A stretch of 64,000 bases of DNA from Cycas panzhihuaensis (taxonomy: Eukaryota; Plantae; Cycadophyta): positions 201,693,741 to 201,757,740 of the forward strand of contig CM041465.1 in assembly GCA_023213395.1 (NCBI GenBank), read 5' to 3'. The position numbers were made by a program, and so were the translations under genes. How positions within the stretch are numbered: position 1 is the stretch's first letter; each line of letters opens with the position of its first letter. Under the pieces are notes generated by a model, which had not been told where the DNA came from, made no database searches, and was given only the letters and a program-made list of their open reading frames with translations. Shown one piece after another: positions 63,622 to 64,000 of this stretch.

Positions 63622-64000
63622 CCTTTTGGGTTGTTGAATTGGTTGGACGCAATGCCATTTACTATTTCTTGGTATTGTTTATATCTTAATGTGCTGCTTT
63701 CAATTTAAAATATGTTTATAGGATTTTTTGTGCACATATGCTTTCATGGCTATTGGAGTGATCACTTTTGGATTCCAAGCTATCATACTTGGCTATATGA
63801 AATTACAAGTCAAGTTGCATACTCCATTGTATGTAGTCACAAGTCAAGTTACAAATGTCATGCTTGAAAATAGTGACATGACACCTTTATTCTATTAAGG
63901 TTCTGAGGTACAACTAGCCTCCTATATCTTTTTTATAAGCTTAATGCTTTTTTATGACATGCTCCTATGATATAGGAAAATTTTGCTACTTTGAGGAAGA

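Larger units (their letters stand above)
60868..64000 (+). mobile_element. Non-autonomous LTR element E8 carrying PPR and eIF5A cargo; the 3' LTR is predicted just beyond the window
   Basis: LTR-like TGTTAG...CTTACA at 60868-61090, immediately followed by PBS 'tggcatcaaagt' (61091-61102). The window ends in PPT-like 'ttgaggaaga'. Confidence 0.68.

Noticed and set aside
1-64000. CRISPR arrays, rRNA or tRNA genes
   Set aside because: No repeat-spacer arrays or RNA genes were seen. tRNA complementarity is limited to the 12-nt PBS motifs.

Overview
AT-rich plant nuclear DNA, probably from a large, heavily methylated genome. It looks gymnosperm-like, but that is an inference from the old LTRs and the strong CG/CHG depletion. 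Only one intact host gene is present: an intronless 3-ketoacyl-CoA synthase of the KCS5/KCS6-CER6 type (21392-22966, +), inside a CpG-rich island of about 5 kb. Most of the rest is decayed, nested LTR retrotransposons, many of which can be delimited to the base by their LTRs, PBS, PPT and target-site duplications (TSDs). These include a copia (5119-16888) holding a Tnt1-like copia (9823-15107), and a nested stack of about 33 kb (~26780-59624) containing at least six further insertions. Two non-autonomous LTR elements carry spliced host-gene cargo: a BRCT gene in one, a PPR gene plus eIF5A in the other. The most novel-looking signal is a ~350-400 nt hairpin-rich module just upstream of the gag start. 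It is shared by copia elements with unrelated LTRs and shows apparent compensatory base changes, so it is a candidate IRES or packaging RNA. A related island occurs in two more elements. All coordinates and identities were read by eye; no alignments or searches were run.
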